This document shows, piece by piece, positions 10,668 to 20,138 of a DNA stretch of 64,000 nt (position 1 is its first letter; each line of letters starts with the position of its first letter). Origin of the DNA: Deltaproteobacteria bacterium (GTDB taxonomy: Bacteria; Desulfobacterota; Syntrophia; Syntrophales; JACQWR01); the NCBI GenBank assembly GCA_026388415.1, contig JAPLJV010000061.1, positions 2,260 to 66,259 on the forward strand. Reading direction: 5' to 3'. The notes under the pieces were generated by a model. That model did no database searches and had not been told where the DNA came from. It saw nothing but the letters and a program-made list of their open reading frames with translations. A program made the translations under genes and the position numbers.

Positions 10668-11381
10668 ATGGTTAATTTAATCATAGATGGCAAGCACGTT
10701 GAGGCCGAGGCCGGAGCGACCATTCTGCAGGTGGCCCGGACCAATGGCATTGAGATTCCCACGTTGTGTTCGCACGATTCCCTGGAGTCATCGGGCGCTT
10801 GCCGGCTTTGCGTGGTGGAAATAAAAAAAGGCAACCGGGCGAGGATCGTGACCTCCTGTCTCTATCAGGTGGAGAAAGATCTCGTCGTTGATACGAAATG
10901 CGAGCGGGTCCTGAATGTCCGCCGCCTCGTCATGGAGCTGCTCCTGGCGCGCAACCCCGAGGCCGACGTGCTGAAGGAAATGGCCCGGGAGATGGGCGTC
11001 GTGCCCCAGGTGCGCTTTATCCCCGATACGGACAAGGGCAAATGCATCCTGTGCCGCATGTGTGTCAGGACCTGCGAGACGATTGTGGGGGCAAGCGCGA
11101 TCGGCTTTTCCTATCGGGGATCGGCAAAGACGCTGGGAGGGCCTTTCCGGGAAGCTTCCGCGGCCTGCATTGGTTGCGGCGCCTGCGCCTACGTCTGCCC
11201 CACGGGTCACATTCAGATGGAGACCACCCAGGATACCCGCACGATCTGGGGACGCACCTTCCCGATGCTGGCCTGCGATACCTGCGGCCGGTATTTTGCT
11301 CCGAAGGATCAGTTGCAATTCATCAGCGAGACGACGGGTGTACCGATGGCTGACCTGGCCGTCTGCACGAGCTGTAGATGA
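10668..11381 (+). CDS. HoxU/NuoG-N-terminal-like [2Fe-2S] + 2x[4Fe-4S] protein without a catalytic domain
   Basis: N-terminal plant-type 2Fe-2S motif (CSHD..GACRLCVVE), then CILCRMCVRTC and CIGCGACAYVCP, and a C-terminal CDTCG...CTSC pair. No H-cluster or molybdopterin domain follows. ATG at 10668 has an AAGGTGGG RBS; the ORF track starts at GTG 10659. Confidence 0.8.
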   Translation: MVNLIIDGKHVEAEAGATILQVARTNGIEIPTLCSHDSLESSGACRLCVVEIKKGNRARIVTSCLYQVEKDLVVDTKCERVLNVRRLVMELLLARNPEADVLKEMAREMGVVPQVRFIPDTDKGKCILCRMCVRTCETIVGASAIGFSYRGSAKTLGGPFREASAACIGCGACAYVCPTGHIQMETTQDTRTIWGRTFPMLACDTCGRYFAPKDQLQFISETTGVPMADLAVCTSCR

Positions 11382-11385
11382 TCAT

Positions 11386-11461
11386 TCCCCAGTAGCTCAG
11401 TCGGTAGAGCGGGTGGCTGTTAACCACCATGCCCGTGGTTCGAGTCCGCGCTGGGGAGCCA
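11386..11461 (+). tRNA. tRNA-Asn (anticodon GTT), CCA encoded
   Basis: Acceptor TCCCCAG/CTGGGGA, D-loop AGCTCAGTCGGTAGAGC, anticodon stem-loop GGTGG-CTGTTAA-CCACC, T-loop GGTTCGAGTCC. Confidence 0.95.
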
Positions 11462-11564
11462 AACTGTTCGGTGGGCAGAACTTCGACATCAGAGGTTTTA
11501 CCCACCGGCCGGGGCTTCCTTAATTGACACGTAATGAGAAATAAATATTTTAGTTAAATTAGCC

Positions 11565-11593
11565 TTGACAACAGAGAACATATTCCCTTATAA
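11565..11593 (+). promoter_or_regulatory. putative sigma-70 promoter for nfnAB (TTGACA-17 nt-TTATAA)
   Basis: TTGACA at 11565-11570, a 17-nt spacer, then TTATAA at 11588-11593. This implies a 5' UTR of about 145 nt before the nfnA start. Confidence 0.4.
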
Positions 11594-11743
11594 ACCACCA
11601 CGTCGGAAGAAGATTCTTAATTCAGACTGGTTAAGTCCTGTAAGCTGAAAGGGAACGTTCAGGTTGCTCGCAGGCGCTCCGGTGCTGATTCATGGGGCTA
11701 ACGGCCCGTAATGAATGAATATTAAAAGATAGGAGATAGAGCA

Positions 11744-12580
11744 TTGCACAAGGTATTGGAAAAAACTTTTTTGCAGGAAATTGTGGTCAGAATGGTTATT
11801 GAGGCTCCCGAGATTGCCCGCAAGAGAAAGGCCGGACAGTTCATCGTGTTGATGATCGACGAAAAGGGCGAGAGGATTCCCTTGACCATCGTTGATTCTG
11901 ATAGTCGAAGAGGCACCATTACCATTATATATCAGATCGTGGGAAAAACGACCGCTCAACTGGCTAAAATGGAGAGGGGCGACGGTATCATGCATGTGCT
12001 GGGGCCTCTGGGGCATGCGACCGAAATAAATAATTTCGGCACGGCGGTGTGCGTCGGCGGAGGCGTAGGTATCGGTGTGGCATACCCCATTGCGGCGGCG
12101 CTCAAGAAGGCGGGAAATAAAGTGATATCCATCATCGGAGCACGGACGAAGGATATCCTGATTCTCGAGGACGACATGAGGAAGGTCAGTGATCAGTTGC
12201 TGGTGGCCACCGATGACGGCAGTTACGGATTTCACGGCTTTGTAAGCAACGTCTTGCAGAATCTCATTGACGCGGGCGAGAAGATCGATATCGCATATGC
12301 CATCGGACCGGTGCCGATGATGAATGTTGTCGCCAAATTAACGAAGACATACGGCATAAAGACCATCGTCAGTCTGAACCCGATCATGGTGGATGCCACC
12401 GGGATGTGCGGCGCCTGCCGTGTTTCGGTGGGCGGAAAGACAAAGTTCGGCTGTGTGGATGGTCCGGAGTTTGATGGCCATGAAGTAGATTTCAGTTTAT
12501 TGATGAGCCGCCTTAAGATGTATGCTGATGATGAAAAACAGGCGCTGGAAAGATACAGGTGTGAATGTCATGGAAAATAA
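11744..12580 (+). CDS. nfnA: NADH-dependent reduced ferredoxin:NADP+ oxidoreductase small subunit NfnA (ferredoxin-NADP reductase-like / sulfide dehydrogenase-type)
   Basis: 278 aa with a TTG start behind AGGAG. It has an FNR-like fold (APEIARKRKAGQFIVL, GGGVGIG) and a C-terminal 2Fe-2S motif GMCGACRV..GCVDGP, and it overlaps the GltD-like partner gene. Confidence 0.75.
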   Translation: MHKVLEKTFLQEIVVRMVIEAPEIARKRKAGQFIVLMIDEKGERIPLTIVDSDSRRGTITIIYQIVGKTTAQLAKMERGDGIMHVLGPLGHATEINNFGTAVCVGGGVGIGVAYPIAAALKKAGNKVISIIGARTKDILILEDDMRKVSDQLLVATDDGSYGFHGFVSNVLQNLIDAGEKIDIAYAIGPVPMMNVVAKLTKTYGIKTIVSLNPIMVDATGMCGACRVSVGGKTKFGCVDGPEFDGHEVDFSLLMSRLKMYADDEKQALERYRCECHGK

Positions 12581-13994
12581 CGAGAAGCTTGCAAAGAAGG
12601 AGAAAACGGAAAAAGTCCCCCGGCAGGGTATGCCGGAGCAGGCGCCCGGGCAGAGGATCCAGAACTTCAATGAGGTTCCTTGCGGTTATACAAAAGAGCT
12701 GGCCCTGGCAGAGGCAGGCCGGTGCATCCAATGCAAAAAACCAGGTTGTGTGGCCGGTTGTCCCGTGGATGTGGATATCCCGGCCTTCATTAAGCTGATT
12801 GCCGAAGGGAGCTTTATCGAAGCGGCCTGGAAACTCAAAGAGACGAATGCCCTTCCCGCCGTCTGCGGAAGGGTTTGTCCCCAGGAAGATCAATGTGAAA
12901 AACTCTGCATCCTCGGTAAGAAAGGCGACCCCGTTGCCGTTGGCAGACTGGAGCGTTTTGCCGCGGATTTTGAAAGGGAGTCCGGAAATATTGTGATTCC
13001 CCCGGTGGCTCAGCCGACCGGTAAGAAAATCGCCATTGTGGGCGCAGGGCCGGCCGGGCTCACGATCGCCGGAGATCTGGTTAAAGCGGGCCTCGACGTG
13101 ACGGTTTTTGAAGCCCTGCACAAAGCGGGCGGAGTGTTGATTTACGGGATTCCCGAGTTCCGTCTTCCCAAAGCGATTGTGGATGCCGAGGTGAATTATC
13201 TGGAAAAACTGGGCGTGAAGCTTGTATTAAACGCCGCCATCGGTAGACTTAAGACGGTGGATGATCTTTTTGCGGAAGGATTTCATGCCGTATTTCTGGG
13301 AGTCGGCGCCGGCGCCCCGGTCTTTATGAATATCCCCGGTGAAAACCTCAACGGCATCTATTCGGCCAATGAGTATCTCACTAGATCCAATCTCATGAAG
13401 GCCTATCTGTTCCCGGAATATGATACGCCCATTGTCCGGGGGAAGAACGTGGCCGTCATCGGCGGCGGCAATGTGGCCATGGATTCGGTGCGAACCGCCC
13501 TCCGCCTGGGCGCGGACAACGCTTATATCATCTACCGGCGCACCGAGGTGGAAATGCCCGCCAGGAAAGAGGAAGCGCATCACGCAAAAGAAGAAGGGGT
13601 GCAGTTCAAACTCCTCCATGCCCCGGTTGAATATCTTGCCGATGATAAAGGCTGGGTGAAGCAGATGAAATGTATCCAAATGGAACTGGGTGAACCGGAT
13701 GCCTCCGGTAGACGCAGCCCCGCCCCGGTAAAAGGGTCCGAATTCACCATTGAGGTGGATACGGTAGTGGTAGCCATCGGGACGATGGCCAATCCCGTGA
13801 TCCAGACGACAACCCCCGGGCTGGAAGTCAACAAGTGGGGTTATATCCTGACCAAAGGCGAAACAGGGGAAACTACCCGGGAAGGGGTTTACGCCGGAGG
13901 AGATATCGTGACGGGTTCGGCTACGGTTATTCTCGCCATGGGCGCCGGAAGACAGGCGGCTAAAGCTATTTATGACTACGTAAGAGCCAAATGA
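12570..13994 (+). CDS. nfnB: NfnB / glutamate synthase small-subunit-like NADPH-dependent oxidoreductase
   Basis: Two N-terminal [4Fe-4S] motifs (CIQCKKPGCVAGCP; CGRVCPQEDQCEKLC) plus Rossmann motifs IVGAGPAGL and VIGGGNVAMD. ATG at 12570 (MENNEK..) is preferred to the upstream 12522 start inside nfnA. Confidence 0.8.
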   Translation: MENNEKLAKKEKTEKVPRQGMPEQAPGQRIQNFNEVPCGYTKELALAEAGRCIQCKKPGCVAGCPVDVDIPAFIKLIAEGSFIEAAWKLKETNALPAVCGRVCPQEDQCEKLCILGKKGDPVAVGRLERFAADFERESGNIVIPPVAQPTGKKIAIVGAGPAGLTIAGDLVKAGLDVTVFEALHKAGGVLIYGIPEFRLPKAIVDAEVNYLEKLGVKLVLNAAIGRLKTVDDLFAEGFHAVFLGVGAGAPVFMNIPGENLNGIYSANEYLTRSNLMKAYLFPEYDTPIVRGKNVAVIGGGNVAMDSVRTALRLGADNAYIIYRRTEVEMPARKEEAHHAKEEGVQFKLLHAPVEYLADDKGWVKQMKCIQMELGEPDASGRRSPAPVKGSEFTIEVDTVVVAIGTMANPVIQTTTPGLEVNKWGYILTKGETGETTREGVYAGGDIVTGSATVILAMGAGRQAAKAIYDYVRAK

Positions 13995-14300
13995 TTTCCT
14001 TGGGTGCAAGTAAAAAAATCTGGCCTTAAAGATCCTGTCCATGGCAGCGAAACAGAGGCGGTCTGGCTTTATCGTTTGGACAGAAGCTTCAGAAAAATAC
14101 TCACCACATAATTTGACCAATGGGTTTAGCCGAGTATTTACGTCAGAGAAGTACGCAAGAACCGGCATAACCATTTTTTTCCATCATAGGCAGACCTCTA
14201 CTGCCTTGGGAACCCAAAAAAAATAATGTGGAAATTTGCCTGAGAAAAGTGTAATCACCCCACAGCGCGTCATTTAATCGCGCATTTCCGGGAGGTTTTA

Positions 14301-15617
14301 ATGAAGATGTTTGCTCGTAAGAGATGGCTGCCATTGCTCTTGGCAATCACTTTCCTTGTCATCCTGGGCCCTTATGGCGACAGTCAGGTAGCGGCCTTAG
14401 ACAAAAGCGTCTATAAGACACTCCGAACCTTCAACGAGGTTCTGGATATCGTAGAAAAAAATTATGTGGAAGAGGTGGACGCCAACACCTTGATCAAAGG
14501 AGCCATCAACGGCATGGTGAAGTCGCTGGATCCGCACAGCAGCTTCATGACGGCGGAGATGTACAAGGAATTGGAGGTAGACACGCGGGGAAGCTTCGGC
14601 GGCATCGGCATTGAAATTACTATGAATAAGGGTGTGCTGACTGTCGTTTCGCCAATCGAGGACACGCCGGCCTTTAAAGCGGGCGTCAAATCCGGTGATC
14701 AGATCATCATGATTGACGGACAATTTACCAAAGATATCACCATCTCGGAAGCGGTTAAGAAACTGCGGGGGAAAAAAGATACCAAGGTAACCCTGACAAT
14801 TATGAGAGAAGGCCTGGCAAAGCCCAAAGAGTTTGTCCTGACCCGCGAAGATATCAAGGTCAAAAGCGTCAAGACAAAGAATTTTGACAAGAACATCGGC
14901 TACATAAGATTAGCGGCTTTCCAGGAAAGAACCAGCGACGATTTGAAAAAGACACTCCGCGAGGTAACGGAAAAAATGCAGCCTTTGCAGGGTCTCGTCC
15001 TCGACATGCGGAACAACCCGGGCGGACTGCTTAATCAGGCGGTAGAAGTGTCCGATGTTTTTATGAAGTCCGGTATCATTGTCTCCACGCGGGGCAGGAC
15101 AAAGGGTATGGAAAGCAAGAACAGCGCCCACAACGACGGCGATGAACCAACCTGTCCGATGGTCGTGCTGGTCAATGAGGAAACCGCCAGCGCCGCCGAG
15201 ATAGTCGCCGGCGCCCTGCAGGACAGCGGCAGGGCTGTTATTATAGGCACCCAGACTTTCGGCAAGGGGTCGGTGCAGACCGTCATTCCGCTGGAAGACG
15301 GCTCGGCCTTGAAATTAACAACGGCTAAATACTACACTCCCAATGGACGCTCCATCCAGGCCGAGGGTATTATGCCTGATATTATCGTGAAATACGCACC
15401 ACCGGTGGAGGCCAAGGCAACGCCGGAGGGAATGATGAGGGAACGTGATTTACCTGGACACATAAAGTCACCGCAAGAAAATGGCCTCAAGGCTGTCGAA
15501 CCGAAGGCAGACCCGAAAAAAGATGAATCTGACGAAGCAGCGGCGCCTGATAACCAGATCAAGAGCGCGATAGACATCTTAAAGAGCTGGGAGATATTCA
15601 AGAAAAACTTCAAATAA
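14301..15617 (+). CDS. carboxy-terminal processing protease (S41 family, PDZ domain)
   Basis: 438 aa with a signal/TM N-terminus, a PDZ region (GGIGIEI...GDQII.IDG), and S41 motifs DMRNNPGG, ETASAAEI, TFGKGSVQ. Confidence 0.85.
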   Translation: MKMFARKRWLPLLLAITFLVILGPYGDSQVAALDKSVYKTLRTFNEVLDIVEKNYVEEVDANTLIKGAINGMVKSLDPHSSFMTAEMYKELEVDTRGSFGGIGIEITMNKGVLTVVSPIEDTPAFKAGVKSGDQIIMIDGQFTKDITISEAVKKLRGKKDTKVTLTIMREGLAKPKEFVLTREDIKVKSVKTKNFDKNIGYIRLAAFQERTSDDLKKTLREVTEKMQPLQGLVLDMRNNPGGLLNQAVEVSDVFMKSGIIVSTRGRTKGMESKNSAHNDGDEPTCPMVVLVNEETASAAEIVAGALQDSGRAVIIGTQTFGKGSVQTVIPLEDGSALKLTTAKYYTPNGRSIQAEGIMPDIIVKYAPPVEAKATPEGMMRERDLPGHIKSPQENGLKAVEPKADPKKDESDEAAAPDNQIKSAIDILKSWEIFKKNFK

Positions 15618-15654
15618 ATATTAGTAGGCGCCGACGCAGAGTTTAAAGGAGGGC

Positions 15655-16518
15655 ATGAAACTTATTACGGGCCTCACCGGCCTTATATTGTTGATAATCG
15701 TCCTGATTACGTCCTACTATATATTTTCCCGGCCGCCCGGCGATGTTGACCGGGCGCAGGAAAGCGGAGAAGAGAAAGAAGCAACTGGGGAGAAAACTCC
15801 TGTCCGGACACCGGATTTTCCCCCCCGGCGCCCGAACAGCGGAGAGGGGAAAATATCCATCGCCATCATCATTGATGACATAGGCTTTGCCTTGGCGCCG
15901 GTGGATGAACTGCTCAGAATTGATGCACCGCTGGCCTTCGCCGTTTTGCCCTACACTCCCCATGCTAAAGCTGCCGCGGAGATGATCCACCGTCAGGGAC
16001 GCGAGATTCTGCTGCACATCCCCATGGAACCGCGCAGTGGAAAAAATAAACCCGGTCCGGGGGCGCTTTTCCGCGATATGACGGCAAATGATCTGCGGAG
16101 GCAGTTGGATGATGATCTCGCCGTCGTTCCCTATGTCGCGGGAGCCAATAATCACATGGGATCGGCTTTCATGGAGGATGAGGAAAAACTTCAGGTCGTC
16201 CTGACGGAATTGCAGAAAAAGGGGCTGTTCTTTGTTGACAGCAGAACAACGGCAGCTTCCCGGGCGGAGGGCTTGGCCAGAAAAACGCGGATCAGATTTG
16301 CGGCGCGACGGCTTTTTCTCGACAATGACCAGGATCAGGAGTTGATTTTCAAGAATTTGCTCGACCACTTGGAGAATAACAATTCGCCCCTCTTGATCAT
16401 CGGGCATCCCTATCCCGGCACCGTGGCAGCGCTTAAGGAAGCTATCCCGCTGCTTCAGTCGCGAGGCATCCGCATTGTCCCACCTTCGGAGCTGGTGGAA
16501 ATAATCGGCGAGAGATAA
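15655..16518 (+). CDS. divergent polysaccharide deacetylase family protein (YibQ-like)
   Basis: 287 aa with an N-terminal TM helix and the motifs IAIIIDDIG, LLHIPME, NNHMGS typical of the YibQ family. Confidence 0.75.
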   Translation: MKLITGLTGLILLIIVLITSYYIFSRPPGDVDRAQESGEEKEATGEKTPVRTPDFPPRRPNSGEGKISIAIIIDDIGFALAPVDELLRIDAPLAFAVLPYTPHAKAAAEMIHRQGREILLHIPMEPRSGKNKPGPGALFRDMTANDLRRQLDDDLAVVPYVAGANNHMGSAFMEDEEKLQVVLTELQKKGLFFVDSRTTAASRAEGLARKTRIRFAARRLFLDNDQDQELIFKNLLDHLENNNSPLLIIGHPYPGTVAALKEAIPLLQSRGIRIVPPSELVEIIGER

Positions 16519-16545
16519 TAAACCAACAGGAATGAATAACTTTTT

Positions 16546-18282
16546 ATGAAAACATTTCTTAATAAACAATGGCTGTTGATTATTACTATTTTTATTTGTC
16601 TCGCGGGATGCGTGCCGCCTGGGACGAGGGCCGGTGATATCACGGCTGTCGAGGCCGACCTCACCCCCGTCAATCTTGCTTCCTATCATTATTCCCTGAG
16701 CGTGCTCTCTTCCTTAAGCGGGAAGCTGGATGATGCGATCGAGGAGATGGAAAAAGCCCTTGGTTTTGATGCCCGGTCGGCCTTTTTAGCCACGGAACTC
16801 GCCGGTCTTTACAGCGAAAAAGGCAATATCTCCAGGGCCATTGCGATCTGCGAAAAGACGCTGGCGGAAAACGGCAGTGACGTTGAAGCCAGACTCCTGC
16901 TGGCCAACTTGTACCTGAATGTCAAGAATTTTGATAATGCCCTCCGCGAGTATCTGAAAGTCACAGAACTTGAGCCGCGCAATGCCGATGCGCTGCTCTA
17001 TACAGGTATTCTTTATGGAGAAGCCAAGAAGTACGAAGAAGCAGTTACCACTTTCCGCAGGCTGCTGGATAGCGATCCCGATCACATCATGGGGAATTAC
17101 TACTTGGCAAAAACATTGAGCGAAGTTCAACAATATGGCGCCGCCGAAGAAATCTATAAGAAGACGTTGGCCTTAAAACCTGGGTTTGAACCGGCCGTAC
17201 TCGACCTCGGACGTCTCTTGGAAAAACAGGAAAAGAATGACCAGGCGGTAAAAAAATATCGCGCCTACATCAAGGCTAACCCGCACAGTGTAAACGTCAG
17301 GCTCAAATTAGCCGATCTGCTGCTAAAACTAAAGAAACCGGAAGAGGCGGAAAAGGAGCTGCGGGAGACACTTACCTGGGGGAAGGGCCGCCGCGAGATT
17401 GCTTACCGGCTGGGTCTGTTCTATTTAGAAAGCGATCGCTTTGAGAGAGCCGCGGAAATCATCCTGGAGCTGCTTAAGACCAATTCCGGCGATTACCGGT
17501 TGAGATACCTGCTGGCTTCAGCTTATGAAGGCCAGAAGGATTACCAGCAGGCCATCGCCGAGTTGCAGAAGATACCCCGGGAGGCGGAACTATTTCCTGC
17601 CGCCCAGTTAAGCATCAGCCTGATGCTGAAAAATACCGGCCAAATCGAGGCCGCCATCGCCAATCTGTCGGCCGCCATTGACAACAGAAAAGATGCCCCC
17701 GATCTTTATGCCTTGCTTGCTTCCATCTACGAAGAAAAAAAAGAACTTCTAAGGGCGGAAGAAACCTTAAAGATGGGCCTGCAGGTCTCCCCCAGTGTCA
17801 TGCTGCATTTCAGTCTGGGCGCACTTTACGAAAAGACAGACCGTTTCCCGGAAAGCATCAGGGAGATGGAGACCGTCCTGCAAATGGACGGTAAAAATGC
17901 CGAGGCCATGAACTTTATCGGTTACTCCTACGCCGACCGCGGCATCAAACTGGTGGAAGCTGAGGATTTAATTAGAAAGGCGCTGACGCTAAAGCCGGGT
18001 AATGCATACATGCTGGACAGCTTGGGCTGGGTCTGTTTCCGACAGAATAAGCTGGCGGAGGCCATAAAATACTTAAAAGAAGCGGCCGCCGGGCTTCCCC
18101 AGGATGCCACCGTTGCCGAACACCTGGGCGATGTCTATGTCGAATCAGGCCAAATTGAAGCGGCCAGAGAGATTTATCTGCAAGTCATGAAATTGAATCC
18201 CGACCATAAAACTGTGCCGCAGAAGATAGAGAAGATGAAGATAACGGGTCACAACCCCGATAAACGGGATAAGCCCCGCTGA
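16546..18282 (+). CDS. TPR-repeat lipoprotein
   Basis: 578 aa with a lipobox FICLAGC. It has more than 10 tandem 34-aa TPR-like units (A..Y...L...P....A...LG..Y pattern). Confidence 0.8.
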   Translation: MKTFLNKQWLLIITIFICLAGCVPPGTRAGDITAVEADLTPVNLASYHYSLSVLSSLSGKLDDAIEEMEKALGFDARSAFLATELAGLYSEKGNISRAIAICEKTLAENGSDVEARLLLANLYLNVKNFDNALREYLKVTELEPRNADALLYTGILYGEAKKYEEAVTTFRRLLDSDPDHIMGNYYLAKTLSEVQQYGAAEEIYKKTLALKPGFEPAVLDLGRLLEKQEKNDQAVKKYRAYIKANPHSVNVRLKLADLLLKLKKPEEAEKELRETLTWGKGRREIAYRLGLFYLESDRFERAAEIILELLKTNSGDYRLRYLLASAYEGQKDYQQAIAELQKIPREAELFPAAQLSISLMLKNTGQIEAAIANLSAAIDNRKDAPDLYALLASIYEEKKELLRAEETLKMGLQVSPSVMLHFSLGALYEKTDRFPESIREMETVLQMDGKNAEAMNFIGYSYADRGIKLVEAEDLIRKALTLKPGNAYMLDSLGWVCFRQNKLAEAIKYLKEAAAGLPQDATVAEHLGDVYVESGQIEAAREIYLQVMKLNPDHKTVPQKIEKMKITGHNPDKRDKPR

Positions 18283-18301
18283 GCGGGATAAGAGCTTTAA
18301 C

Positions 18302-18330
18302 GGATTTGCTTTCCTCGATAAAGCAAATCC
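18302..18330 (+). terminator. perfect 11-bp stem hairpin after the TPR gene (possible terminator/attenuator; no U-tract)
   Basis: GGATTTGCTTT-cctcgat-AAAGCAAATCC lies 20 nt after the TPR stop. The absence of a T-run lowers confidence that it is an intrinsic terminator. Confidence 0.4.
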
Positions 18331-18403
18331 TAACGCACTAATAAAATAGCGGGTAGTAATATTGGATAATTTGGCGGCACAGACAAGCAATATTACTAAG
18401 CAA

Positions 18404-19204
18404 ATGTTGGCGCTGCTCATTTGCTGCTTTCTTGCCTCCTGCGCGCCGGCCGTAACCTTGCCCCATGCCCCGGATCAGCTTCCTGCTCCGCTTGATCCCC
18501 GCTGGGAAAAACTAAGCGGCAGGAATCAAGTCCGAAGCGGCCTGAGAGCGATGGCGGATATTGACCTGACGGCAGAAGGCGGCAGACGTCATCTGCGGGT
18601 AGCCATGCTGCTCCAACTCCCATCACTGATGCGGATAGAAAGCATCCCTCTTTTCGGCCCACCGGATTTCTTCCTCTCTCTGAACAGGGAAAAACTGAAG
18701 ATTTTTTTGCCGGGTAAAAAAGAATATTATCAGGGTCGTCCGTCGCGGGAAAATTTGTCGCGTTTCCTGCCGCTCAGTCTATCCCCGACGGATATGGTAT
18801 ATGTCCTTATGGGCCTCCCTCCTCCCCCACCTGTCGCCGAAGAAAAAATCGGTTACCGGGAATCTCGTGAAGGCGACAGGAAACGTCTGGACCTGTTCTT
18901 GAATAACCGGATAATCCGGATACTGTGGTCGGACAGCAATGTTGAGCGACTAACAGACATGGAAATACTTGACGCCAACACCAAACTTACCCATCGGGTA
19001 AGCTATGGCAACTACCTCCGGTTGGGAGAAAGCGACTGGCCGCAACAGGTAACGATAGTTTCCCAAGACGGGAAGGCTCGGATAATTGTTAATTATGACG
19101 ATATGGAATTGTGCGCCCCGGAGGATGAGGAAATCTTTGACCTACCCATCCCCAGGGGTATAACGCCTACCGGCATGGATAGGGATGACCCGCCCTGGGA
19201 ATAA
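18404..19204 (+). CDS. lipoprotein, LolB/DUF4292-like (outer-membrane lipoprotein sorting fold)
   Basis: ATG at 18404 gives MLALLICCFLASC (lipobox). Size and position next to a TPR lipoprotein recall LolB-like proteins, but the similarity was judged by eye only. Confidence 0.4.
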   Translation: MLALLICCFLASCAPAVTLPHAPDQLPAPLDPRWEKLSGRNQVRSGLRAMADIDLTAEGGRRHLRVAMLLQLPSLMRIESIPLFGPPDFFLSLNREKLKIFLPGKKEYYQGRPSRENLSRFLPLSLSPTDMVYVLMGLPPPPPVAEEKIGYRESREGDRKRLDLFLNNRIIRILWSDSNVERLTDMEILDANTKLTHRVSYGNYLRLGESDWPQQVTIVSQDGKARIIVNYDDMELCAPEDEEIFDLPIPRGITPTGMDRDDPPWE

Positions 19205-19229
19205 TAGATAAGCGGGTCTGTTCCATCTT

Positions 19230-20120
19230 CTATTTTATGTTGAGAAGGGTCGCCTTTGCCGTGCGAGCCTGATTAGTATTGGGATAGTCGTTTATCACCC
19301 GCTGCAGAATAAGCTTCGCACTGGCCTTATCACCCAGGTTCATAAAGGCAATCCCCTGCTTCAGGAGGGCGTAAGGCACCTTGTCGCCGTCAGGATAATT
19401 CTTGGCCACCTTTTCATATTCCAGGATGGCATTCTCGTACTTTTTTTCAAAATAATAGCATTCCCCGATCCAGAACTGGGCATTATCGGAATATTCCGTG
19501 TCGGGGTACTGTTTCAGAAAGTTATGAAATGCCTCTCTGCCCTTATCGAATTTGCCATCCTTGAAAAGCTCATAGGCGGCGGCATAGGCCGACTCCTTAT
19601 CAGGTTTTCCCTTGGTAACTTCCTTGGGCTTTTCGCCCTTTTCCGTTCCCTCCGGCTGGTCTTCTCTTTTTCCGATCCCCAGGAAATTCTCGATAAAATT
19701 GATCTTGAAAACCGCGTTATTGAGTTTTTCCCTGATTTCCTTGGCGTCCTCATCCTTATTGGTGCGCGTCACGACGGTGGCGAGATCCTTACGCAGAGCC
19801 TCCACCTGGCCCCTCAGTTGCTGGATATTATCCCGGATGTCGGCTATATCGGCGCCCGTTTCCGCCGTGCTCTTGCGCAAAGCCGTGACGGCTTCAAAGT
19901 TTCTGGCAACCTCGCCACGGATAGCATTGTCTTCCGCCTTCAGGAGGGACAGATGCTTCTCCACTGCCGCCACCTTTTTTTCCACCACCACCACCCTGTT
20001 GTTCACTACATCGGTTATCTTCTGATCCAACTCGCTTTGGACCTTTTTCAAATCATCAGTAGTTGCACAACCGATTAGTGCCGCCAACAAAAGCATGAGC
20101 AGAAAAATATTTATTTTCAA
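19230..20120 (-). CDS. ybgF: Tol-Pal system protein YbgF/CpoB
   Basis: 296 aa with a lipoprotein signal (LIGC), an N-terminal coiled coil and C-terminal TPR repeats (YSDNAQFWIGECYY...YPDGDKVPYALLKQG). It is the last gene of the tol-pal operon. Confidence 0.8.
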   Translation of the reverse strand: MKINIFLLMLLLAALIGCATTDDLKKVQSELDQKITDVVNNRVVVVEKKVAAVEKHLSLLKAEDNAIRGEVARNFEAVTALRKSTAETGADIADIRDNIQQLRGQVEALRKDLATVVTRTNKDEDAKEIREKLNNAVFKINFIENFLGIGKREDQPEGTEKGEKPKEVTKGKPDKESAYAAAYELFKDGKFDKGREAFHNFLKQYPDTEYSDNAQFWIGECYYFEKKYENAILEYEKVAKNYPDGDKVPYALLKQGIAFMNLGDKASAKLILQRVINDYPNTNQARTAKATLLNIK

Positions 20121-20138
20121 GCGCTTAACCTCACTTGA

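Noticed and set aside
12522-12569. An upstream start for the GltD-like gene (the 490-aa version).
   Set aside because: It would overlap nfnA by 59 nt. ATG at 12570 gives the usual N-terminus, so the shorter form is preferred.
15643-16689. A 348-aa ORF on the minus strand.
   Set aside because: It is entirely antisense to the well-supported YibQ-like gene and the TPR gene start. It has a low-complexity Arg/Ser/Gly-rich composition and no motifs or RBS, which is typical of a shadow ORF.
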